A DNA stretch of 32,000 nt. Source: Candidatus Heimdallarchaeota archaeon. GTDB taxonomy: Archaea; Asgardarchaeota; Heimdallarchaeia; JABLTI01. Numbering within the stretch: position 1 is the first letter of the stretch; each line of letters starts with the position of its first letter. Below, piece by piece: positions 1-8,546 of this stretch. The stretch spans positions 1 to 32,000 of the forward strand of contig JAUWKS010000015.1 of the NCBI GenBank assembly GCA_030614005.1, given 5' to 3'. The notes under the pieces were generated by a model. The model did no database searches. It was not told the origin of the DNA and saw only the letters and a program-made list of their open reading frames with translations. The position numbers and the translations under genes were made by a program.

Positions 1-25
1 AAGGACTTAAGGAGGTTTTTTCTCC

Positions 26-1363
26 TTAATTGGTTTCGATTCTTACTGGTAACCCCTCTTTGACTAATTTCCTAAAGAAGTACTTTTCAACTATTGGTTC
101 TTTAATATTTCTTGCCCAATTAATGTAAAGTTTATCCTTATAACTAACCACTGCACAACCCGTTTTTGTTACAGGGCTTGGTGCTGGAAAGAATTGGAAA
201 TCAGTTATTTCGTCCTGTAATGCTTCTGGCATTACAACTCTACCTAAATTTGTTATTACACCGGAATACAAGTATTCTCCAAAACCATTATAAAGTGTTT
301 TTCCGAACCGTTTTTTCACAAATAATGGTGTGTATTTTACAATTGGATTTAATTCTCCTCTAACGTTTCTTGCTATTTGTTGATTGATCACTTTATCTGT
401 TACTTCTGAGCGCATATAATGATATACTATTTTAATTATCTCTTTAAATGAGTGTTCCCCTAATTTCGGGTTAATTCCAGGAGTAACATATAATGAAAAA
501 TTTCTCATTGTTTTTGAAGGATATATTCGTCTCAAATTGACTGGCACCATTAACCTAATTGGTTTAAGCATTTTTTTTCTCATTTCTTTTGGATAATCAA
601 AAATCATCGATTGTAGCGTATACAAATAAACTGCTATTAGATAATCCGTTAAAGTAATATTATGTTGTTTTGCTATTTGCAAGATTTCTTTAACGGGTAT
701 AATGCCAGTTATATAGTAATAGATTCCTTTTGGTTCCAATCTATTCGGTAAATGAAAAGAGCGCACCAGTTTTTCTGGATTAGGGACCGTTGAGCGATAA
801 TTTTTTTTGAAGCCATCTTCATATTCTTCTTTATCCGGTATTTGATTTGGTTGAAAAACGTCCAACCAATCATTCACTTCTTTCCCTTGTAAACGCAAAT
901 ATTCTCCAACTATTGCTCTTAAGAAGGTGAGAGCACCTGTACCATCTGTTAAACTATGATGAAATTCTACTGCAATTCTATTTCGAAATGCTCTAACTCT
1001 AAAAGGAAATGTTCCTTTCTTTGTTATCTGTAGTTTTTGTTGAGGATATTTTGAATCACTCATTATTTTTGGTGAAAGGGCATTTTTCTCCCAATAATGC
1101 CAGAATAACCCTGCTCTCAAATTTACATGATAATATGGAAACCTAACCATTGTATTATCTAAGGCTTTTTGTAGGTTTGCAACATTTATTGGTGATTTCA
1201 GTTCGGATGAAATTCTAAACAAACAAGTTATCCTTGCAGAATTAACAAAAGTGAATAATGTTGCAGCATTATCCAATTTGTACCATTCCAGATATTTCTC
1301 CCGTTTTGAAAATGAGATTGGTTCCAAACTTTTTTCAATTGTTTGAGAAACCTTTGTATTCAT
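26..1363 (-). CDS. Condensation-domain/CoA-dependent acyltransferase (alcohol acetyltransferase-like)
   Basis: HHSLTDG matches the HHxxxDG catalytic motif; N-terminal WYKLDNAA and VPVNLR segments are typical of this family. ATG at 1363; alternative TTG at 1375. Confidence 0.8.
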   Translation of the reverse strand: MNTKVSQTIEKSLEPISFSKREKYLEWYKLDNAATLFTFVNSARITCLFRISSELKSPINVANLQKALDNTMVRFPYYHVNLRAGLFWHYWEKNALSPKIMSDSKYPQQKLQITKKGTFPFRVRAFRNRIAVEFHHSLTDGTGALTFLRAIVGEYLRLQGKEVNDWLDVFQPNQIPDKEEYEDGFKKNYRSTVPNPEKLVRSFHLPNRLEPKGIYYYITGIIPVKEILQIAKQHNITLTDYLIAVYLYTLQSMIFDYPKEMRKKMLKPIRLMVPVNLRRIYPSKTMRNFSLYVTPGINPKLGEHSFKEIIKIVYHYMRSEVTDKVINQQIARNVRGELNPIVKYTPLFVKKRFGKTLYNGFGEYLYSGVITNLGRVVMPEALQDEITDFQFFPAPSPVTKTGCAVVSYKDKLYINWARNIKEPIVEKYFFRKLVKEGLPVRIETN

Positions 1364-1462
1364 TTTTTTCACCAATTTATTCTAATTATAATTCTATAAT
1401 TAATTACTCTTATTGTTAAAAACCATTTTTGAAATTATCCTAAAGAACCAAAAGATGAGTAA

Positions 1463-2311
1463 TTAGTCCGTTAGAATGGATTTCTTTAATTCATCCAAAA
1501 CAGCTAATGTCGAAGTATATGCAGAAATTTTTTTCTGTAATTCTTTTTCAACTAAATATTTTTTTTCTATTGGTGAAAAATTGATTTTTGAATAATTTAC
1601 ATCATAAAGAACTAAACCATCGGGAGAAACTGGTCTTATTCCACCTTTTGGCATCTTCAGTGTGGGCTCCAAGGCTGCTTGCAGAGCACTAATTGGGAGG
1701 ATAGCTCTACCAATTATTCTAATCATTGAAACCATGTTTCTAACTTGTTTCCACAAAAAACTTTCTGAAGCAAATTCAAACATCAACAAATTATTTTTTT
1801 CGAGAAGCTGAACAGAAGCAACATCCAATGTTAAGATCGTTGATTTCGGTTTTCCACTGGGTAAATTATTTGTTTTTTTGCAAAATTTCTCAAAATTATG
1901 TGTTCCAAGAAGGCAAGATAATCCCTTCTCCATTAATTGTAAATTTTCTCCAGCAAATGGTATAAAGTACCTATATGTACGCTTTTGAGCATGTCTTCGT
2001 GCATTAAAATCTCCATCGACTTTTGCTAACCCCCAAGCAAAAATATCATCTGGAAAGCAATGGTTCAATTCGTCCAGATGGATCTCTTGTTTTAACGAAT
2101 CAAATGCAATAACTTGACCTAATGCATGTACCCCTGCATCTGTTCTCCCAGCAGCTGTATATCTTGCTTTAGGTAATTTATCGATAATTCCTAATTTAGT
2201 TAAAGAGTAAAATATCTCTCCCTCGATAGTTTTTACCCCAGATTTTTGTCTTTGAAAACCATGATAGTTAGTACCAAGATAGGCAATCTTCACGGCGAAT
2301 CTATCAACCAT
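1463..2311 (-). CDS. truA: tRNA pseudouridine(38-40) synthase
   Basis: AYLGTNYHGFQRQ, AAGRTDAGVHALGQV (catalytic Asp), RTYRY, FLWKQVR. Probable start MVDRF at 2311; the ORF track extends to 2386. Confidence 0.95.
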   Translation of the reverse strand: MVDRFAVKIAYLGTNYHGFQRQKSGVKTIEGEIFYSLTKLGIIDKLPKARYTAAGRTDAGVHALGQVIAFDSLKQEIHLDELNHCFPDDIFAWGLAKVDGDFNARRHAQKRTYRYFIPFAGENLQLMEKGLSCLLGTHNFEKFCKKTNNLPSGKPKSTILTLDVASVQLLEKNNLLMFEFASESFLWKQVRNMVSMIRIIGRAILPISALQAALEPTLKMPKGGIRPVSPDGLVLYDVNYSKINFSPIEKKYLVEKELQKKISAYTSTLAVLDELKKSILTD

Positions 2312-2382
2312 GTCACAATAAGCTCCAAGGTATATTTTAACTATTGATAAAATAACTTTTTCAAAGCAAGGTTTCTTACTTT

Positions 2383-3015
2383 TCAAATTAAGGCGTTAGC
2401 AAATTCTTCTTGTAAATCAGCTTCTATTTTTGTAGCTAAATCACGTCTAAATGCAGGAGGCACAATACGTAGTGTTGTTATTAACATATCCAATATTTGG
2501 TCTACGATATTTTTAACATCAAAAGGTTTTATTTCAACCAAACCTTGAACTATTGCTTCTTCTACAAAAACTTTCACAACTGAGGATATAACTGCAAAGG
2601 TTATTCCTTCTTTTTCAATATAATATGGAAAATTCTTTCTATCGCGCAGAGTGAAAAAACCTTCTTGCTCAACAATAGAATTAATATACCAATCTAAGCT
2701 GGACTCATTTAACTCGAGTCTTTCAGAAAATTCTTTCTTTGAACTATGATTTGGGTACGATGCTGGAAGCCGATTAACTATATAGAGCGCAGCTGCATTC
2801 AGAGTTTTTTGATCCCTAGGGAAACCAGCTTTTGTAAGGTATTTTGCTACAACTTTTAAAGCAAAAATTTTGTATGATTCTTTTACTGAATAATCGCCAA
2901 AAAATTTGTAGGTATTTTTTAAGAATTGAATTGTCTCTTCTGGACTTGCTTGATCCCAGATGAGGTCAGTTTTCCCAAATGATTCTGTGTTCAAATTACT
3001 TACCCTTGTTTCCAA
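2383..3015 (-). CDS. Hypothetical protein with a TFIIB/cyclin-fold-like helical repeat
   Basis: LNAAALYIV...SKKEFSERLELNESSLDWYINSI resembles the TFB cyclin repeat (AAAxLYIA...TQxxVA...TxRNRxKEL; compare 12924-13973). TTG start, no Zn ribbon. Confidence 0.5.
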   Translation of the reverse strand: METRVSNLNTESFGKTDLIWDQASPEETIQFLKNTYKFFGDYSVKESYKIFALKVVAKYLTKAGFPRDQKTLNAAALYIVNRLPASYPNHSSKKEFSERLELNESSLDWYINSIVEQEGFFTLRDRKNFPYYIEKEGITFAVISSVVKVFVEEAIVQGLVEIKPFDVKNIVDQILDMLITTLRIVPPAFRRDLATKIEADLQEEFANALI

Positions 3016-3094
3016 TAGAGGGTTTCTTTTTTATCTTTTGTGGCGCTTGGAAACAGTGGTGTTTCTAGTAGAAAAAATGAGCTATCATTAATTA

Positions 3095-3577
3095 TCATCG
3101 TCTTCTTTTTGTTTTAAATTTCTTTGCCAATTTTTCCCAAAATGGATGTTTGTGTAATTTCACATCTCCAACAGCTTTTCTTGGTACAATGTCTAACTCG
3201 AGTAAATCTTGATCAAATTCATTGAAAATTGAAGTATCAATTACTATATTATCAATTTTATTTGCATATTTCTCAAGGAAAATGCGATGTGTATCATTAA
3301 GTTGTTTCGTGATTTTTTCGCTGTTCTCTTCAATAGGGTTTGCAAAAACGAATATTAGTTCATTTTCTTCATCAACTTTAAAATTCAGTTTTAAGTTTTG
3401 GAAGAGAACTGATTGTATTCCCTGCTGACCAAACGATTCTTTGGAGAATGAATAGAGTGCCGCAAGAAAACCGCTCTGAAGTGCATGATCTGGATGCATT
3501 TTGCACGTTTTTCCGCCATAACACTTTGAGAATAGTGGTACTCCGGATGTTTTCAATATAATTACGTCATCAGCCAT
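3095..3577 (-). CDS. Longin-domain protein (Mon1/Fuz-longin-like)
   Basis: VIILKTSGVPLFSK...LQSGFLAALYSFSKE...LIFVF pattern of the longin beta-beta-alpha fold; ATG at 3577 (MADD). Confidence 0.8.
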   Translation of the reverse strand: MADDVIILKTSGVPLFSKCYGGKTCKMHPDHALQSGFLAALYSFSKESFGQQGIQSVLFQNLKLNFKVDEENELIFVFANPIEENSEKITKQLNDTHRIFLEKYANKIDNIVIDTSIFNEFDQDLLELDIVPRKAVGDVKLHKHPFWEKLAKKFKTKRRR

Positions 3578-3664
3578 TTTCTCATCATTCCTTTTTTTGT
3601 ATACATTAATTATTATCATTAATTAGAATTAGCATTTCTTTCAAAGAGCTAGATATGAATTTGT

Positions 3665-5323
3665 CTAAATCAAATATCGTCCACACTTTACGCAATAATG
3701 TTTGTTGTATTGTCGTATATATTTCGCATCGTCACCACAAATTGGACACTTGCTTTTCTTTTCAGTTTTTGTTGTACTTAAATGTTGACCAATCTGAGGT
3801 TCAGATGATTTTGTTTCATCCTCAGTCATATCTTTCAATTCAGAGATCATAGCACTTGAAAGTTCAGTTCCGATTACACTATCATCAGTAGGAACATGTT
3901 CATCTTCCTGAATTGGTATTAATGGTTCCTCTTCAATTATATCTACCAAATCGTTTTCTGGTATATCAACAAGTTCTTCTAATTCATCTATTGGAGTAGT
4001 AATGCTATCTTGAATAGTAATTTCCTCTGTTTCTGCTTGTGATGAAGAATCTTCATCAAAATCTAATAAACTCTCCAATACTTTTTGATCATCATCCAAT
4101 TTAGATTCATCAAGTGGAACCTCTTGGATTTCTTCGATGATCTTTTCTTCAATTATTTCTTCTGGTTCATCTATTTCAACTTGATCAATAACATTGTCCA
4201 TATCATCTGCATCACTTACCACAGATTCATCAATTGAAGCCAATACATCTAAATCATCTCTCATATCGCCTATAGTGTCTTCAATTTCCACTTTTTCTTC
4301 CTCTGTTTTTAGCCCATTTACTTTTACGTTTGTTATCTCTTCTTCCAAATCTTTTAATCTTGATGTCAAACTATCTAGTTGGAAATTAATTGAATTTAAT
4401 ACCCGTTCAAGTTCAGGTGTAATTAGAGGTTCAACTTCTTCTTGCTCGACTTTTTTACCTTTGATTGAATTCTTTGGAACAGTAATAACTCGTTCCCCAT
4501 CATCGGTTTTTTCTCGACCAATTATTATATCATTCGTTTCATCCAAAACAGACATGACTTCTTCGATTAGTTTTTCTGTTTCTTCATCATCCCTACCAAC
4601 CATTACTGATTTCTTGATTGGTTTTTCTTCTTTTTCTTCATCAAATGTTGAAACGATTATCATTGGCTCTATCAATGATTTTTCGGGCACGCTTGACTTC
4701 TCTTCAATGACTTCTGCTTTCTGCTTTATTGGAGCAACATCAATTGCATCTTCTACAGCTTTTACTGGTGTTATTCCCTCTCTTTCAAGTAAGCATTTAG
4801 CCATTAAATCAAAAGCAATGTCAATATTTTCTCCTGTTAAGGCTGAAGTTTCTATATATGCGCATTGTAGTCCAGAACTTTCCTTGAGGGCACTTGCAAA
4901 CTGCTCTCCAGTTTCTCTAGATATAACCCTCTTTCCTTTCAAATCAATTTTATTTGCACAAACAATAAAGATTTCAATTGTTCCATTTGAATACCTTATT
5001 GCTTCGTCTACCCAGGTTGATATACTATTAAGTGAATTGGAATTTGTAACATCAAATACTAGAAAACAAGCTGTTGCGCCACCATAAAAACTTGAACGAA
5101 TATATTTGTACTTGTCTTGTCCTGCGAGATCCCAAATTTGGAAAGAAGTCAAAAGGTTTCCAATTCTCGCTTTATAAGAGGAAAAATCAGCACCAACTGT
5201 AGAAATATATTCTTCTGCAAAATGTTCACCCATTGCTCTTTTCCTAATTGTAGTTTTACCTACAAAAGAGTCACCTGTAAGTACTATTTTCCAAAGGAAA
5301 TCAGCTTGTTTTTTATTTATCAT
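3665..5323 (-). CDS. Rab-like small GTPase fused to a long acidic linker and a C-terminal Zn ribbon
   Basis: G1 GDSFVGKT, G2/RabF1-like TVGADF, G3 FQIWDLAGQ, FYGGA, LVFDVTN, G4 NKID, G5 ETSA; roughly 330-aa D/E-rich region; CPIC...YCVKC at the C-terminus. Confidence 0.9.
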   Translation of the reverse strand: MINKKQADFLWKIVLTGDSFVGKTTIRKRAMGEHFAEEYISTVGADFSSYKARIGNLLTSFQIWDLAGQDKYKYIRSSFYGGATACFLVFDVTNSNSLNSISTWVDEAIRYSNGTIEIFIVCANKIDLKGKRVISRETGEQFASALKESSGLQCAYIETSALTGENIDIAFDLMAKCLLEREGITPVKAVEDAIDVAPIKQKAEVIEEKSSVPEKSLIEPMIIVSTFDEEKEEKPIKKSVMVGRDDEETEKLIEEVMSVLDETNDIIIGREKTDDGERVITVPKNSIKGKKVEQEEVEPLITPELERVLNSINFQLDSLTSRLKDLEEEITNVKVNGLKTEEEKVEIEDTIGDMRDDLDVLASIDESVVSDADDMDNVIDQVEIDEPEEIIEEKIIEEIQEVPLDESKLDDDQKVLESLLDFDEDSSSQAETEEITIQDSITTPIDELEELVDIPENDLVDIIEEEPLIPIQEDEHVPTDDSVIGTELSSAMISELKDMTEDETKSSEPQIGQHLSTTKTEKKSKCPICGDDAKYIRQYNKHYCVKCGRYLI

Positions 5324-5701
5324 TCTTTTTGTATCCCTTTATTTTATTCTCAAATGCTTTTGACAACAGTATTAATTATTTATTTCCTACGTTCTTTACT
5401 TTTTCGCTAAGATTAGCAGATTTTTATTGAAAAAGCAAATTTTTCTAATCTCAAATGATTTTTTTGTTCAGTATTGTTGGTCTTAACACATAGCTAAGGG
5501 CAATATCCAAATATTACAATCCCTTATTTTCAATAAATTCGTTCTTAATCATATAGAGGATATTACAAAGTAAAATCCTATTCGAATAAACGGCGTTTAC
5601 TTGTTATAAATTTAAGGTAAGCACCCATTTCCTCAAAGAATCTTTGGTGGAAGTATCTCCATAGAAACAGAAACAAAAAAATCTTGAGTGTGAATTGAAA
5701 G

Positions 5702-7183
5702 TTGGGTTATGATCCTAATAGACGTTGCATGAAATGCGGCAAAAGGAATGGTTTTCTATATTATTGTGAGGATTGTGGTGGCTCTTTCTGTAATGATTGT
5801 ATAGTTTCTGAAAAAACGGAATGTACATTTTGTAACGACTGTGCACATATTAGTGTAGGAAGCAAATGTGAAAAGTGTGGAAAAACCAATCAATTAACTG
5901 CTGCTAAAAGATATTTAAGGAAATGCCCCGGTTGTTCTTCTATAAGAATAAAAGATATCCCTAAGAAAATAGCTGGTCTCTCTTCTGAATATATTGAAGC
6001 GATTAATATCATTTATAGTGGTTTAGACATCATCCGTAATTTTGCTAGCAGTTTTTCAGAAGTTGTCAATCAAGCAAAATTCCTTCGTCGGGAAAGATTT
6101 GGCCTTTATCCTAATATTGAAAATAATTTAATACGTATTCAAGGTCAATTTTACGAAATTACTCAGCGTGCTATGGGACTCATTGATAAAGTCTATAAGC
6201 AAATTTTAAATGATGCCCGTTTGCTCCGATTTAATCATCGAGTAACTATTGATCAGCTTCCCAAAATAGATCGTGTGCTAAAAACGATCAAATATAATAC
6301 TCAAGGTTATTCTAATCTGATTAATGATTTTCTAAATGAAGCAAAAACAGAACTTGCTGATGTGAGAGAGCTCGTCAGCGAATTAAGAAATTACACTACT
6401 TATTTCGACGAAGTTTCAGATAAATTTGAACCTGAAATGCTCGAATTGAAAATCGCTGCAATACCAAATGTAAAAGTAACGCTACCGGACAATGGACGTA
6501 AAAGAAGAGGTACAATTTTCTTAACAAATAAGCATCTTTATTTCCTTCCAAATTTCAAATTTATTTTCCGTTTCCATGGAAAAATAAGAGCCATTCCTAT
6601 TTCGATGATACGAGAAGTTGAAACTAAAGAAAGAAAATTATTTAGCTCTTACTTAATGATCAATAGTCCTGATAGAAAATCAATGAAAATTCACTGTTCT
6701 AGAACGGAATTGGATCAGCTTAATTTTCTCTTTGGTGTTCTTTTCAATGAAAATGAAGGATATATTATTTCAGATCCATACTTTATCGAAGAACTAAGAA
6801 CTACTCTAGATTTCAGTGTTCTTCGAGAAAAAGTTGAACGCCGTATTAAAGATTTGAAACAGATACCATTTACTCAAATCGTCCAACAACAACATCAACA
6901 AAATATTTGGCAAAGAGGACCTATTGTTAACGTTAATGTAGAAAGCAATGAAACTAAACAACTAAGAATTAAGCTTAGAGCAGCAAGGGACACCCTTAGC
7001 CAATTAGAGAAAGCTTTTGAGGATCGAAGTATAACTCCGGAAATCTATTTCTCACGGTTGGAAAAGACTCGAGAGAAAATAATTTCCTTAGAAGAAAAAT
7101 TGAAAGATATTATGCGAATAAATACTGGTTACCAACAACACCAGCAACCAAATTTTTCTGATTTTCTAAGGAATGTAAGATAA
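5702..7183 (+). CDS. Multidomain protein: Cys-rich Zn fingers, helical/coiled coil, GRAM/GLUE-like PH domain, steadiness-box-like C-terminus
   Basis: Six CxxC pairs in the first ~80 aa (CMKC, CEDCGGSFCNDC, CNDC, CEKC, CPGC); GTIFLTNKHLYF; AARDTLSQLEKAFEDRSITPEIYFSRLEKTREK. TTG start. Confidence 0.6.
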   Translation: MGYDPNRRCMKCGKRNGFLYYCEDCGGSFCNDCIVSEKTECTFCNDCAHISVGSKCEKCGKTNQLTAAKRYLRKCPGCSSIRIKDIPKKIAGLSSEYIEAINIIYSGLDIIRNFASSFSEVVNQAKFLRRERFGLYPNIENNLIRIQGQFYEITQRAMGLIDKVYKQILNDARLLRFNHRVTIDQLPKIDRVLKTIKYNTQGYSNLINDFLNEAKTELADVRELVSELRNYTTYFDEVSDKFEPEMLELKIAAIPNVKVTLPDNGRKRRGTIFLTNKHLYFLPNFKFIFRFHGKIRAIPISMIREVETKERKLFSSYLMINSPDRKSMKIHCSRTELDQLNFLFGVLFNENEGYIISDPYFIEELRTTLDFSVLREKVERRIKDLKQIPFTQIVQQQHQQNIWQRGPIVNVNVESNETKQLRIKLRAARDTLSQLEKAFEDRSITPEIYFSRLEKTREKIISLEEKLKDIMRINTGYQQHQQPNFSDFLRNVR

Positions 7184-7326
7184 TTTACTCAATTAAAGCA
7201 AAATAAACAAAAAAGCATTTAAGATAAAAAATTTACACCAACCTAAACTTTAAATTGAGACAAAAAGTACTTTAGCATAAAACTAATAACCAAAACAAGC
7301 AAATGCTTTCAATGAGGTTCTAAACA

Positions 7327-7890
7327 TTGCGCAAGGATAGTCAGGGCAGAATTCACTTAAAAATTGTCTTCTACGGACCCTCCCTTAGTGGGAAAACAAC
7401 TGGATTACGATGGCTCTACGACCAAGTAGAAGGACTAACGAAAGGTGGTTTTACTTCAATTGCTGACCCCACTGGTAGAACACTCTATTTTGATTTTACA
7501 CCCTTTTCAGCTTCTGGAAGAGTAATTTTAGATGCTTATACAGTTGCTGGGCAAACAAGGCACAAAAGTCAAAGAAAAGTGATTTTAAGAGGAGTAGATG
7601 GAATAATTCTCATGCTTGATTCCACACCAGAAATGCAGAAATTTAATCAAGAATCTGTGGATGAATTACAAGAATTTCTTGGGGATCGATTTGGTACTGA
7701 AGTACCAATTGTTATATCATTAAATAAACGAGATGTACCTGGTGCTTTAACTCGTCCTGAAATGCTTTCAGGGTTAGAATTAGAGGGCTACCCTGTTTAT
7801 GAAACCATTGCAACTAAAGGTATTGGTATCAAAAGGGCATTTCAATCTATTGCAAGAGAAATTCTCTTAAAACAATTATATGGAAAATAG
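7327..7890 (+). CDS. mglA: MglA-like small GTPase
   Basis: KIVFYGPSLSGKTT, RTLYFDF, YTVAGQ, RKVILRGVDG, NKRD, ETIA are collinear with Myxococcus MglA motifs; TTG start. Confidence 0.85.
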   Translation: MRKDSQGRIHLKIVFYGPSLSGKTTGLRWLYDQVEGLTKGGFTSIADPTGRTLYFDFTPFSASGRVILDAYTVAGQTRHKSQRKVILRGVDGIILMLDSTPEMQKFNQESVDELQEFLGDRFGTEVPIVISLNKRDVPGALTRPEMLSGLELEGYPVYETIATKGIGIKRAFQSIAREILLKQLYGK

Positions 7891-8004
7891 ATGATTTTTT
7901 TCTCTTTTTCCTAATATTTTCTCATTTTTCATTTGGTTTTTCTTAGATTATTAAGGAGTAGCTAATAATACTTTCATTAATTTATTATTTATTAGGTGAT
8001 ATAT

Positions 8005-8487
8005 TTGACTAAACCTTTGAAAGTGAAAGTAGGTGATAAAGCCCCATTATTCTGTTTACTTGATAAAGATGAAAATGAAATTTGTCTTAAGAATTTCATA
8101 GGAAAATGGGTTATATTGTATTTTTATCCAAAAGATAATACAAAAGGTTGTACGATTGAAGCAATCGATTTTACAGCACAATTAAGTGACTTTTCCAAAT
8201 TAGGAGCAGTTGTTTTAGGCATTAGTCCTGATTCAGTTTCAAGTCACCAAAAATTCACTGATAAACACGAATTAAAAGTACAATTACTTAGTGATACTGA
8301 ACACATTGTTCTTGAAAAATATGGTATTTGGCAAGAAAAATCTATGTATGGCAGAACTTACTTTGGCGTTGTTAGGAGTACTATATTACTTAATCCAGAA
8401 GGAAGAATTGCTGAAGTTTGGGAAAAAGTTCGTGTAACAAATCACGTCGAAAATGTGAAAAACAGATTAATCGAGTTGCAACAGTAA
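8005..8487 (+). CDS. bcp: Thioredoxin-dependent peroxiredoxin (BCP/PrxQ)
   Basis: YFYPKDNTKGCTIEA peroxidatic motif, GISPDS, RSTILL. Probable TTG start at 8005 after SD-like AGGTGA; the ORF track starts at GTG 7996. Confidence 0.93.
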   Translation: MTKPLKVKVGDKAPLFCLLDKDENEICLKNFIGKWVILYFYPKDNTKGCTIEAIDFTAQLSDFSKLGAVVLGISPDSVSSHQKFTDKHELKVQLLSDTEHIVLEKYGIWQEKSMYGRTYFGVVRSTILLNPEGRIAEVWEKVRVTNHVENVKNRLIELQQ

Positions 8488-8546
8488 GTTGTGATTTTCT
8501 TTCTCATTCACGTTCTTCGTATATTTATTTCAGAAGATGGTAAAAC

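Noticed and set aside
4194-5087. 297-aa Ser-rich plus-strand ORF
   Set aside because: Antisense shadow of the Glu/Asp-rich GTPase linker (GAA/GAT codons read as TTC/ATC/TCA).
6884-7150. QQQHQQ-type duplicated motif in the 493-aa protein
   Set aside because: Short low-complexity linkers; no array or element.
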